From: a virus
Taxonomy: Duplodnaviria > Heunggongvirae > Uroviricota > Caudoviricetes
Length of the DNA: 44,146 nt
IMG/VR virus record: IMGVR_UViG_2698536573_000002
Reading direction: 5' to 3' (one strand)
Positions within the stretch are counted from its first letter, which is position 1. Each line of letters opens with the position of its first letter. The notes under the pieces are model-generated. The model worked only from the letters and a program-made list of their open reading frames with translations. It made no database searches and was not told the origin of the DNA. A program made the translations under genes and the position numbers. Of this stretch, positions 20,409 through 28,905 are shown piece after piece.

Positions 20409-21788
20409 CTACTTAATCAACGGCCGGAAAGCCGTCAGCACATCATCAGATCGTCCGATTGTTGAACCACCAGGCAACGGCAACTCAAACTCAAAACGAA
20501 CAGCTTTCTCCAGACTCTCCCAGCGAAGAGAATCATCGTTAATAACGTGCAAATACCAGCTCTTACAGTTGAATATTGACCGCTTAATCCTGAAACCATG
20601 TACACGACACAACTGCTTCACTTCATCATCAGAGTGGAACTTCTGGTAAAACCAGTGCCCCTTCCGGTACAACGCGGTAAAACCGTTATGATCAATAAAA
20701 TAAAGCCGGCTTTTGGAACTCGCCGCTTGTGTTTGCTTCAGGACTGTTTCCAGCTCTCCACGGCTACGACCAGAAAAGAATATTGACCCACCAGCTTTAC
20801 ACAGGCCTTTCAGAACCGTCAGAACGGACCATTCAGCCTCGACACTATCGACCGAGTTCAAAACGCTATCGCAAATCACGTAGTCGTAACGCCCTCGCGT
20901 TTTTAAGTCGTCCACCAGCGTATCAATCATCCGGTTTGTTGCGGTCCTATCCAGAGTGTTTCCAGCGCCCTTACGGCGGAAAAGCTCGAGATCATGCAGG
21001 TTATATCCCTTTGCCCTGAGCATTCGCGCGTAGTCTCCCTGCCCCGAACCAAAATCAATTCCTCTTGGCGTCTTGGCAATGATCGGGAGGATCAACGACT
21101 CATACAGGTTTGATTTCAGGCTGCCACCATTACGCAACCGCATAAGCTGCGCATACGTCTGGATGTATGTTGTTTTCTCCAGATGAGAATACTCAAATAC
21201 ACCATAAGTTTTATTCAGATAACTTTGGTATTTTTCCTTCTCAACATCAGGGATCACAAACACCGTTAGCGGTGTGCGCGTCATCTTCGCTGCTAATGCA
21301 TACTGAGCACAGTGAATAACCTCGCCAGACTGAGTAGCAACACAACCACCCCACGGACCATACTTGATAACCAGTTCCGCTATGTTCTTTCGAACATATG
21401 CCATTTTCGCGCGCATATTGCCTGAGATCTGGCTTGCCGATACCTGAACAAAACCATGCTTATCTTCCAGACCGGACACCCTGCAACGCTCATCTCCGCT
21501 ATCAAAATCCGTTCCGTTATGCAGTTGGTTAAACCGTACTTCGTCGTATACCGTCGTTTCACAGGGCAACACATACACCGCAGCACGCGTTATTCCCAAC
21601 TTACGTAGCGCCTTCGTCCTTTGGTGTCCCGCCACCAGCAAATCGCCGCGCACTATCAATGGCTTCACAAGCCCCAGCTCCCTGACGCTTTCCGCTAGCC
21701 TCGCAAGATCATCCTCACCGATAAAACGCGGGTTATATTCCGCGCCGCGTAGGTGCGTTATGTCGTAATTGAGGTGAAGCATCAGCAC
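20409..21788 (-). CDS. ParB-like nuclease domain fused to SAM-dependent methyltransferase domain
   Basis: 459 aa; N-terminal ParB motif (LVAGHQRTKA), C-terminal class I MTase motif I (IDFGSGQGDYARML) and DYVICDSVL; no DPPY-type motif. Confidence 0.6.
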   Translation of the reverse strand: MLMLHLNYDITHLRGAEYNPRFIGEDDLARLAESVRELGLVKPLIVRGDLLVAGHQRTKALRKLGITRAAVYVLPCETTVYDEVRFNQLHNGTDFDSGDERCRVSGLEDKHGFVQVSASQISGNMRAKMAYVRKNIAELVIKYGPWGGCVATQSGEVIHCAQYALAAKMTRTPLTVFVIPDVEKEKYQSYLNKTYGVFEYSHLEKTTYIQTYAQLMRLRNGGSLKSNLYESLILPIIAKTPRGIDFGSGQGDYARMLRAKGYNLHDLELFRRKGAGNTLDRTATNRMIDTLVDDLKTRGRYDYVICDSVLNSVDSVEAEWSVLTVLKGLCKAGGSIFFSGRSRGELETVLKQTQAASSKSRLYFIDHNGFTALYRKGHWFYQKFHSDDEVKQLCRVHGFRIKRSIFNCKSWYLHVINDDSLRWESLEKAVRFEFELPLPGGSTIGRSDDVLTAFRPLIK

Positions 21789-22405
21789 ACCTCCCCAGCC
21801 AGCAATGCGGATACAAATCCGATATAGCTGCCATTATCATCAACATAACGAGACACCGCGCAGTCAAAACGATCCGCTTCCTCATCCGTTGCCGGGATTT
21901 TATGACCTCCAAATGACAGGTACTGAACTTTTACGCCTGATTTGGCCTCATCCTTCTCAAATGGGATATCCATACCCTCTGTGTCATCGTAGACCGCCGC
22001 ACTCAATAAGTTATCCAGTTCGCGCTGAGTAAAACCAATTGAGTCCAGAGCAAAATCATCGGCCGCAAGATCTGCAAGCTCCGCGCTTAACAACTCTTCA
22101 TCCCAACCAGCATTCAGCGGAATACGGTTGTCGGCCAGACGATATGCCTTCTTCTGATTCTCCGTTAGCCCAGCCAGAACAATGCAGGGAACATCATCCA
22201 TCCCCAACTGAGTGGCCGCAGCAATTCGACCATGACCAGCAATTACAACGTTGTTCTCGTCTATCAGGATCGGATTAGTCCATCCGTACTCCTGTATGCT
22301 GGCAATAATCTGATCTACCTGCTCCACGGAGTGTGTGCGAGCGTTCTTTTCATAACCAATCAACACAGAAAGTGGTAAAGAAACCACATTAAGATGTTTT
22401 GTCAT
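21782..22405 (-). CDS. ParB-like nuclease domain protein
   Basis: 207 aa; ...VIAGHGRIAAA... and QKKAYRLADN shared with 18525-19115. Confidence 0.7.
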   Translation of the reverse strand: MTKHLNVVSLPLSVLIGYEKNARTHSVEQVDQIIASIQEYGWTNPILIDENNVVIAGHGRIAAATQLGMDDVPCIVLAGLTENQKKAYRLADNRIPLNAGWDEELLSAELADLAADDFALDSIGFTQRELDNLLSAAVYDDTEGMDIPFEKDEAKSGVKVQYLSFGGHKIPATDEEADRFDCAVSRYVDDNGSYIGFVSALLAGEVC

Positions 22406-22875
22406 GCCGTTTATCCGCTAAAATCCCCTCGCTTGTGCAAGCAAGTGGGCCTCGGTTTGTATCCACGGCACCCTGTGGGTATGAATGACTGTCGTCAGGT
22501 CGCAACTGACGGCGGTCGCCCACCTTCCAGTAATAAAAAAGCCACCAGCATTAACTCCACAGCGAGCTGGAGTTAATGAGGCAGCTTTGGTTTGCGCATT
22601 ATCGCAGCCCCTGGTAAGCACAAGAGCTGCTGTAATGCGTTACGCAGGGATCAAACGGATGCGGCCGTTATTTACCTCAATACGAGAGTATTCCGGCTTA
22701 CCATCAACGATTCCAGTAATGACAAGTTCGCCATCAGACGAGCATTCTTCTTTGTCGTCTTCATATAGCTAAGACAAACCTCAAAGATAACGAGGTATCT
22801 TTCGCTTTTCTCCAGACGTAAGCGCCAGCCAGAAATACCAACAAATCTCTTATTGGAAGCGGAAACCAGAACAAA

Positions 22876-23175
22876 TCACTCGGCATAAGCACGATCATCT
22901 TCCGCTGCTGATTTACACGCCGCAGTTACTGATATATTGATAACCGGTGCGCTAATCGTGATGGACGACTCTGTCGGTTGACGCGATATAACTGAACGAT
23001 GGTTATCAATGAAGTCCACAATCTCATTCAGGCATTCTTTAGCTGCCTCATCGTGACTTTTTCCGTATGCTTCACGGAGGACTTTCATCCTCATCATTGC
23101 TCCGTCACATATAGTCGAAAGCGCGTAAAGCACATCACTAACCGCCATTTCTTTTTTGGTGCTTGTCGAAGGCAT
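22876..23175 (-). CDS. hypothetical protein
   Basis: 99 aa ORF in operon downstream of repeat copy 1. Confidence 0.3.
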   Translation of the reverse strand: MPSTSTKKEMAVSDVLYALSTICDGAMMRMKVLREAYGKSHDEAAKECLNEIVDFIDNHRSVISRQPTESSITISAPVINISVTAACKSAAEDDRAYAE

Positions 23176-23249
23176 CCCATGTTCTCCTTTGTCTGGATGT
23201 AAAAAAGCCCCGGCAATTGCCGAGGCTCGTTGTTCGTTATCGTTACGGT

Positions 23250-23450
23250 TTAATGCTCGCGTCGTCCGGCGACAACTTCGGATTTGTATTTCAGGTCGCC
23301 CAGCAAGAATTGCAGTTTAAGCATCTTTGCCGCCGTGTAGTTCCCTGATTCCACAACCTCTTTCATGAGGTCATAAACGGCCGCTACATCATCAGCCAGG
23401 AACTCTTTGCGTTGCTGCTCAGTCGCACGTTTGAAGGAAATACGCATCAC
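23250..23450 (-). CDS. hypothetical protein
   Basis: 66 aa ORF overlapping upstream gene stop. Confidence 0.3.
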   Translation of the reverse strand: MMRISFKRATEQQRKEFLADDVAAVYDLMKEVVESGNYTAAKMLKLQFLLGDLKYKSEVVAGRREH

Positions 23451-23716
23451 TCATCATCTCCTGCCGCACATACAACCTCACAAAAAAAATCAGCAGAATG
23501 TTTCTCCTTGAACGAATGACGCTCAAAACCGCACTCAATATCAGGCGCAAAAACATCCACCACATACGGTCTTTCAGAATGTTTGTTTTCCCAACGATAA
23601 ACCGTAGTGACGTTGAAATGTTTTAACGCTTCACGGAACTCAACGCTGCCCGTCAGGTTTTTTGAGGTCAGGTATTGCAGGAGGTTTTTTACTACTTCAC
23701 GGTCTTGTACTTTCAT
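23447..23716 (-). CDS. hypothetical protein, first gene after repeat copy 1
   Basis: 89 aa; ATG at 23716 is the last triplet of the conserved repeat, RBS GGAGA inside repeat. Confidence 0.4.
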   Translation of the reverse strand: MKVQDREVVKNLLQYLTSKNLTGSVEFREALKHFNVTTVYRWENKHSERPYVVDVFAPDIECGFERHSFKEKHSADFFCEVVCAAGDDE

Positions 23717-23825
23717 CAGATTTCTCCGGTTTAACCAGGGCGGGTATCGCTCGGTTTCGGGTATAACCTTAGGAAATTTTTTCCCACCTGTAAAGCACTT
23801 TTTATATAAATCTATAATTATATAA
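23717..23825 (-). repeat. ~109-bp promoter-bearing repeat, copy 1
   Basis: Near-identical to 29974-30082 and 40078-40187; contains TTTACA-17bp-TAAGGT, 5' leader and RBS. Confidence 0.85.
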
Positions 23826-23827
23826 TT

Positions 23828-24415
23828 TTATGCCACTTGCCAGAGAGCATCATGCAACTGGATACCTCCATTGCACTGGTTGCCCCAGCCATGCCAACCA
23901 TCAGGTAAATCACCGCGAGCAAACAGCTCAATACGAGGAACATCACCTAACAGCCTTACCAGCTTGTCACGAACCACATCAGGCTTCCGAGAATGCTCCA
24001 GACGAGGCGATGTAAACGACTGAATGATCCCCGCATCAAGGCGGGTCGGCAATTTGCCTTTTACCGCAAACAAGCAATCTTCACTGTTTGCACGAGTCAT
24101 ATGCCCCATCCCCATCACCAGCTTATCTGGTTGTCGGCTACCACATTTGTTCCATGTGAAGCCCTTCATGGTCATAAGCCTGAATCCCCATGCTTTCACC
24201 ACCAGCAACGCTTCTTCTGGCTGAGTCGGAACCCACCACATGGCCAACAAACACGATTCAGGATTAGCAAGCTGCCAGACAGGAATACGAGCAATATCCT
24301 CAGCTTTCATCGTTGGATACTTAAAACCAGCTCCACGATTCCCATCCTTACACTTATCTTTGTATTCCCAGGGGGGATCTGCATAAATCAGATTAAACAA
24401 TGCAATTGCCTCCAT
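23828..24415 (-). CDS. MT-A70 family DNA N6-adenine methyltransferase
   Basis: 195 aa starting ...LIYADPPWEY (DPPW catalytic motif near N-terminus). Confidence 0.75.
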   Translation of the reverse strand: MEAIALFNLIYADPPWEYKDKCKDGNRGAGFKYPTMKAEDIARIPVWQLANPESCLLAMWWVPTQPEEALLVVKAWGFRLMTMKGFTWNKCGSRQPDKLVMGMGHMTRANSEDCLFAVKGKLPTRLDAGIIQSFTSPRLEHSRKPDVVRDKLVRLLGDVPRIELFARGDLPDGWHGWGNQCNGGIQLHDALWQVA

Positions 24416-24723
24416 GTTAGTTGTGCCTCCGGCGCTTATCTCCGGCAGTCATAACGCTGGCCAGCTCTACAGCAGACACAACGAAAAGGGCACTAACCAG
24501 ACTGATTAATGCCCTTGCCTGTTGTGTGCCGGATATCGCCCGACAACGCTGTTTTGGTAACACGGCTACAGTTCCGTGCCGCTCCAGCTTTTACCCCTTT
24601 GCGGATAACAGGCCCTGCCTGTACTCACTAACCAACGGCTTCCCGAAATGTGCACCAGGCACGCATAAAGATGAGCACGAAGAAGTAACTCCACCGCGCT
24701 TATCTTTATGTGTGAGGGTGAAT

Positions 24724-24799
24724 TGGTGGCCCCTACCGGATTTGAACCGATGACCGTGCGATTATGAGTCGCCTGCTCTAACCACTAAGCTAAGGGGCC
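24724..24799 (-). tRNA. tRNA with anticodon CAT, ileX/ileY-like (tRNA-Ile2 type; Met not excluded)
   Basis: 76-nt cloverleaf: acceptor GGCCCCT/AGGGGCC, D-arm GCTTAGTGGTTAGAGC, anticodon loop CTCATAA, T-arm GGTTCAAATCC, encoded CCA. Confidence 0.8.
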
Positions 24800-24968
24800 A
24801 TATTTGATTTGTTTGTCTGGTGTGGCGCCGCGCACGAAAATCCCAGCCAATAAATTCAGGATTTTTGGGCGCGGCGGCATATCAGACAAACATGGTTGAT
24901 GCGTGCGCCCATGAGAAAAGCGCATAGAATGTTGTAACTATATATTTATATAATTATAGAAATATATA

Positions 24969-25178
24969 TTACTTTCGGCAGTTGATTTCCCATGCCCTGT
25001 TATGAGCCAGAATATCTTTCTTTGTCTGGCGGTCCATAACATCGATGTCGTGATCAGTCAGGTAGATGGGCTTTACCCAATCACAGGCGGTATCAACCAC
25101 CACCGGGACGCTTCCACGACTCCCGCAGCTCGCGATCAACATCGTCATCAGCCATATGGTTAACACTCTGCTGTACAT
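24969..25178 (-). CDS. o-spanin (Rz1-like lipoprotein)
   Basis: 69 aa with lipobox-like LIASC after hydrophobic N-terminus; overlaps 3' end of i-spanin gene in another frame. Confidence 0.5.
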   Translation of the reverse strand: MYSRVLTIWLMTMLIASCGSRGSVPVVVDTACDWVKPIYLTDHDIDVMDRQTKKDILAHNRAWEINCRK

Positions 25179-25371
25179 TCCCCACCTCTTTTGTCACTTC
25201 TATACGCCGCTCCGCAGTGGCTTTTACGGCGGCTGCATTCTCATTAATGCGCTGCTTTTCAGCTTCATCTTCGGCCTTTTCTCGCCCCTTCATACGACCA
25301 AAACCAAACGCACCGAATGCAACCAATATAACGGTGCCGATAAATGACAAAACGGCTTTCAAACCAGTCAT
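25093..25371 (-). CDS. i-spanin (Rz-like)
   Basis: 92 aa, N-terminal TM helix then charged coiled region; directly after endolysin. Confidence 0.5.
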   Translation of the reverse strand: MTGLKAVLSFIGTVILVAFGAFGFGRMKGREKAEDEAEKQRINENAAAVKATAERRIEVTKEVGNVQQSVNHMADDDVDRELRESWKRPGGG

Positions 25372-25910
25372 ACCACCACTCGCTCTTTCATCCAGCCGTA
25401 GACAAACGACTCATTAGCCTCGCGCTTCTCCGCCAGCTCCAGATAGCGTTCGCCCTGCGTACAGTTCAGCGACGTCAGCATCACCCGTTCGCCGTCTTTT
25501 CCCCGATTCCCAAGATAAGCACGTAGCGCATTAATGGTACGTGGACCGATTCGTCCGTCTGCATCCAAATCGGGATACAGCTTCCCGCGCAGGTTGAACA
25601 CATTCAGCCAGCGTTGAAGCATTTTTGACGCCACTGTTGGCCCCATGTTCACCCCCGTGTCACACAGCTCTGCGGCAATATCAGAGGATAATGCGGCCAC
25701 CTGATCAAAGCGTGGTCCGTACCAGTAATCAGCCTCAAGGATTTCCAGTGCCTGTTCGCGGGTTAAATCGCGCATATCGCCACGGTATCCATGAGCACGG
25801 GCAGTGTTCTGAGTAATGCCCCACTTTGTTGGGCCTCCCTTGTCGTCAGGGTGATCCACATAGCCGCCCTCTTTTCCAAGAACGCTGTTAAAAATCTCAT
25901 CTTTGGTCAT
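25368..25910 (-). CDS. endolysin, GH108-type lysozyme with C-terminal peptidoglycan-binding domain
   Basis: 180 aa; N-terminal LGKEGGYVDHPDDKGGPTKWGIT motif. Confidence 0.75.
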   Translation of the reverse strand: MTKDEIFNSVLGKEGGYVDHPDDKGGPTKWGITQNTARAHGYRGDMRDLTREQALEILEADYWYGPRFDQVAALSSDIAAELCDTGVNMGPTVASKMLQRWLNVFNLRGKLYPDLDADGRIGPRTINALRAYLGNRGKDGERVMLTSLNCTQGERYLELAEKREANESFVYGWMKERVVV

Positions 25911-26229
25911 GATTAAACCCTAATGCGTCAACTATCCGCGCCAGATTGCCCCTGAAATACAGAACAACGATGCAGATAATCAGATTTCCAATAACCACCA
26001 GCCAGTGGGATTCTTGATAAAGACCGAACACATAACGGAAGGGAACATTGGCGTATACAATGACGTAGATATAAGCCAGAAAGGAAACAAATGGACGATG
26101 CCTGGAGTCTTTCCGTCGATAAAGCATCAGCGCCATTACTATTACTGTGCAAAGCACCGCATTAATCAGTGCTGACGGGTCACTGCTTACCATTTGAACC
26201 CCCTCCACGTAAGCGGGAAAGCATTCCAA
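25897..26229 (-). CDS. putative holin/antiholin-like membrane protein
   Basis: 110 aa with multiple hydrophobic helices between holin and endolysin. Confidence 0.45.
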   Translation of the reverse strand: MECFPAYVEGVQMVSSDPSALINAVLCTVIVMALMLYRRKDSRHRPFVSFLAYIYVIVYANVPFRYVFGLYQESHWLVVIGNLIICIVVLYFRGNLARIVDALGFNHDQR

Positions 26230-26575
26230 AGATGCTACCGAGATCCTGGCTGTTTACGAACGTGAGGATTTTAATTGTCAATGCAGCCACAATAACCGCA
26301 CCAAGCGCATCAAGAGGACGATCGTTGTAGCTGGTCCATTTGGCAAGAAATGAGCCAACTAACGGCGCTCCAATCACTCCAACAATGAACGATGTAAAGA
26401 AATAGCCAATCAGCTTGAGACGGCTAATATTCACCGCTGTAGCAACATAGAAAACAGCGCCAGCAAATGCCCCGAATACAACGCCGTAATCAATACCAGT
26501 TGCAATACCAAAAACGCTGGCACCCATCAGGCCACCAGCAGCAACGGCCGTACCGGAAATTGGTTCTGCTGACAT
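26180..26575 (-). CDS. putative holin
   Basis: 131 aa, highly hydrophobic, first gene of lysis cassette; RBS GAGGA 7 nt upstream. Confidence 0.5.
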   Translation of the reverse strand: MSAEPISGTAVAAGGLMGASVFGIATGIDYGVVFGAFAGAVFYVATAVNISRLKLIGYFFTSFIVGVIGAPLVGSFLAKWTSYNDRPLDALGAVIVAALTIKILTFVNSQDLGSIFGMLSRLRGGGSNGKQ

Positions 26576-26588
26576 TGAAATCCTCGTT

Positions 26589-26620
26589 AAAAAAAAAGCC
26601 CCGCCGAAAAAGGCAGGGCT
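26589..26620 (-). terminator. intrinsic terminator immediately upstream of holin
   Basis: Minus-strand hairpin (agccctgcc/ggcggggct) followed by 9 U; ends ~14 nt before holin start. Confidence 0.55.
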
Positions 26621-26905
26621 TCATAAAGCAACAAATTACGCGGTAATCGCTTAACGCAGTTTTACTACGTTAAATGAAACACTACACCCAGTTACCACCT
26701 AAAACAAGGTTTCCCCATAAAAAAACCTTCACAATGTGGTTAATCGATCGATAAAAAAACAATACTTAACTTTTGACCAACCGAACATCCCGACCAGGAC
26801 TTCCATAATATTCGCCGATATGCCACTGCTTAAGTTGAGTAATCTTCTCCAACTTAACTCCCATAGAGTCCAGTTTCTGCCATGTTTTCGGTTGTATGTG
26901 CTTCA

Positions 26906-27265
26906 TTACCCGCTCTGAATATCTGAATACTGCTCGTAAGCGCATGGATTCTCACTACAGCTTATCCAACCACCCGGAGTTACCGAAACTGGCGGCGCGG
27001 CATATAGCTTACGGGTCTGAACACCTGCCCCCTGACATTTCTCTTCCTCAACAAACCATTCGAAAGCACATTCCCCGCAATCTTCCCATTCTCCCCATTC
27101 ATCATATTCTGCATCCCACTGGCGATACTGATATGCCACCGGTTCTGCTTCCAGCAAGGCTAACGCTATTTCATAAGCCCGGCGCTCAATATTGTCTCGC
27201 ACATCCAAGCGGCCTATGCGCTCTTTGATTTCTTTAATCAGTTCTTTGTCGGTAAAAGTGGTCAT
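26906..27265 (-). CDS. hypothetical Cys-containing acidic protein
   Basis: 119 aa ORF; CGEC...C motif. Confidence 0.3.
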   Translation of the reverse strand: MTTFTDKELIKEIKERIGRLDVRDNIERRAYEIALALLEAEPVAYQYRQWDAEYDEWGEWEDCGECAFEWFVEEEKCQGAGVQTRKLYAAPPVSVTPGGWISCSENPCAYEQYSDIQSG

Positions 27266-27471
27266 TTGTTAATCCTCAAAACTTTATGCCCGGGCGCAAA
27301 AGCACGCGTTTTGTCTTTGCTTATTCGCCAGCCATCCTTGCGCGCCTCTTTTGCACAGCCAGCCCATGACGTACCGATATACTCACCGAAGTCTGGCACT
27401 GGATATACACCTTCCGTACACTGGCGGCAGTCACAATAGAGATGCATGGTGTAACTTGCGGCAATAGCCAT
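27262..27471 (-). CDS. hypothetical small Cys-rich protein
   Basis: 69 aa, CDCRQC motif. Confidence 0.3.
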   Translation of the reverse strand: MAIAASYTMHLYCDCRQCTEGVYPVPDFGEYIGTSWAGCAKEARKDGWRISKDKTRAFAPGHKVLRINK

Positions 27472-27472
27472 A

Positions 27473-28036
27473 TCATTCTCCTTTGATGCGAATACCAGCA
27501 GCGCGGATTGCAGCGATGACTTCAGAAACTTTGTATGCCATTACCGTTTGGTAATCCTCGTGAAAATCTGTTCGATGAAGCATGCTGCTACGTTCTGGGA
27601 GCGATATTTCCCGTGCTTCCAGTTCTGCAATGCGCTTCTCTGCGGATTCCAACGCCGCAACCAATTCGTCTACAGTTCCGGCAGCTTGCAGTGCGTAATC
27701 GGTAATAGCCATCTCATGATCAATTTCAGTACCGTTCTCATTCGTTGAGGTGATAGCAAAATAATCAGAGTCGATTTCGTTATCAGCTAAGTGGCGTAGC
27801 GTATCGGCAACAAGCCGGCCGTTTTCGATTAGCAGCTTCCCTACCGTAAGCGCAATATCCTCGTTCTCCTGGTCGCGGCGTTTGATGTATTGCTGGTTTC
27901 TTTCCCGTTCATCCAGTAGTGCCAGCATAACCTGAGGTGTGACTTTCATACGAAATGCCAGCAATTTTTGAGGCGTTGCTACTGTTTCAATTGCTACTGC
28001 TGCCTCACGCAGTGCCTGATAGTTAATCTCACTCAC
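27473..28036 (-). CDS. hypothetical protein
   Basis: 187 aa ORF, coupled to neighbours. Confidence 0.3.
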   Translation of the reverse strand: MSEINYQALREAAVAIETVATPQKLLAFRMKVTPQVMLALLDERERNQQYIKRRDQENEDIALTVGKLLIENGRLVADTLRHLADNEIDSDYFAITSTNENGTEIDHEMAITDYALQAAGTVDELVAALESAEKRIAELEAREISLPERSSMLHRTDFHEDYQTVMAYKVSEVIAAIRAAGIRIKGE

Positions 28037-28550
28037 TGATTGCTCCCCCGCAAACCAATCCTGAACGGATTACCGTTTTTACAATATGCGCCCGTAATTG
28101 TTGCGTTCCGTGGTACTTGATTGCCACATCGCGTAACTTATTAACCAGTTCCCTGACCTGATGTTCCTTTGCTTCCTGTGTCACAGGAATAATTCCAGCT
28201 CTCCGCCGTTCCTGAAGTTCCAGCATTGCGGCCCGGAAATCCTGCCACCATTCCTCATCGGCTACTGGGGTGTTCCGCTCCAGCACCTTGTCCGCATCGG
28301 CGATCAGGTTTGACAGACTCTTGTCTGAAATCTTCGTTACCGGAGTCGTTGGTTGCTCAACCTGCCCGATAGGTTTTATCGTGCTCAAAAGGAGGCGACG
28401 GCGGGAAAGTGGTGCCCCACAACGACGGCCATCTTCCTTGCGATATGTTTCTTTCGGACCAACACACCAGGTTGTCGGCGTTTCGCGTAACTTCACTCTT
28501 TTCTCACCATCATTGGTAATGATTATTCCGGTATGGGTTTTGATGCTCAT
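28029..28550 (-). CDS. hypothetical protein
   Basis: 173 aa ORF. Confidence 0.3.
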   Translation of the reverse strand: MSIKTHTGIIITNDGEKRVKLRETPTTWCVGPKETYRKEDGRRCGAPLSRRRLLLSTIKPIGQVEQPTTPVTKISDKSLSNLIADADKVLERNTPVADEEWWQDFRAAMLELQERRRAGIIPVTQEAKEHQVRELVNKLRDVAIKYHGTQQLRAHIVKTVIRSGLVCGGAISE

Positions 28551-28828
28551 GCCACAGCCCCTCTCAACGGCTTTACTTTGGCTAATAAGGTGTTAAACAA
28601 CATGGAGTTAGGATTCATGCCAAATGGCAATTCCGGTTTAGCGGAGTAGTACAGGCAACCATTTATTTTCCTGGTTGTTATCTGTCCTTCGGCAACCATG
28701 CTTCTCAGTCTGCAACGCATAGAGTTCTGCGACACACCAATGTGTTCCGCGATTACGTCCACTTTTGAACATGGGTGATCGGTCAGGAAATTAATCACAT
28801 CTTGGGGGTTAATAATTTTGCGTTTCAT
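28547..28828 (-). CDS. putative winged-helix DNA-binding protein
   Basis: ORF 28547-28849; start at 28828 (MKRKI) preferred, AAGGA 11 nt upstream; AT-rich motif just upstream. Confidence 0.4.
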   Translation of the reverse strand: MKRKIINPQDVINFLTDHPCSKVDVIAEHIGVSQNSMRCRLRSMVAEGQITTRKINGCLYYSAKPELPFGMNPNSMLFNTLLAKVKPLRGAVA

Positions 28829-28905
28829 TGTCGAGGCGTCCTTATACATTTATATAAATATATAATTCTATATACGGCGGGAGACATCCCGCCGTAGGCT
28901 TACTG

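Noticed and set aside
22406-22875. Protein-like peptide fragment (…SDGELVITGIVDGKPEYSRIEVNNGRIRLIPA) on the minus strand
   Set aside because: Preceded in frame by a stop with no start codon; at most a pseudogene remnant.
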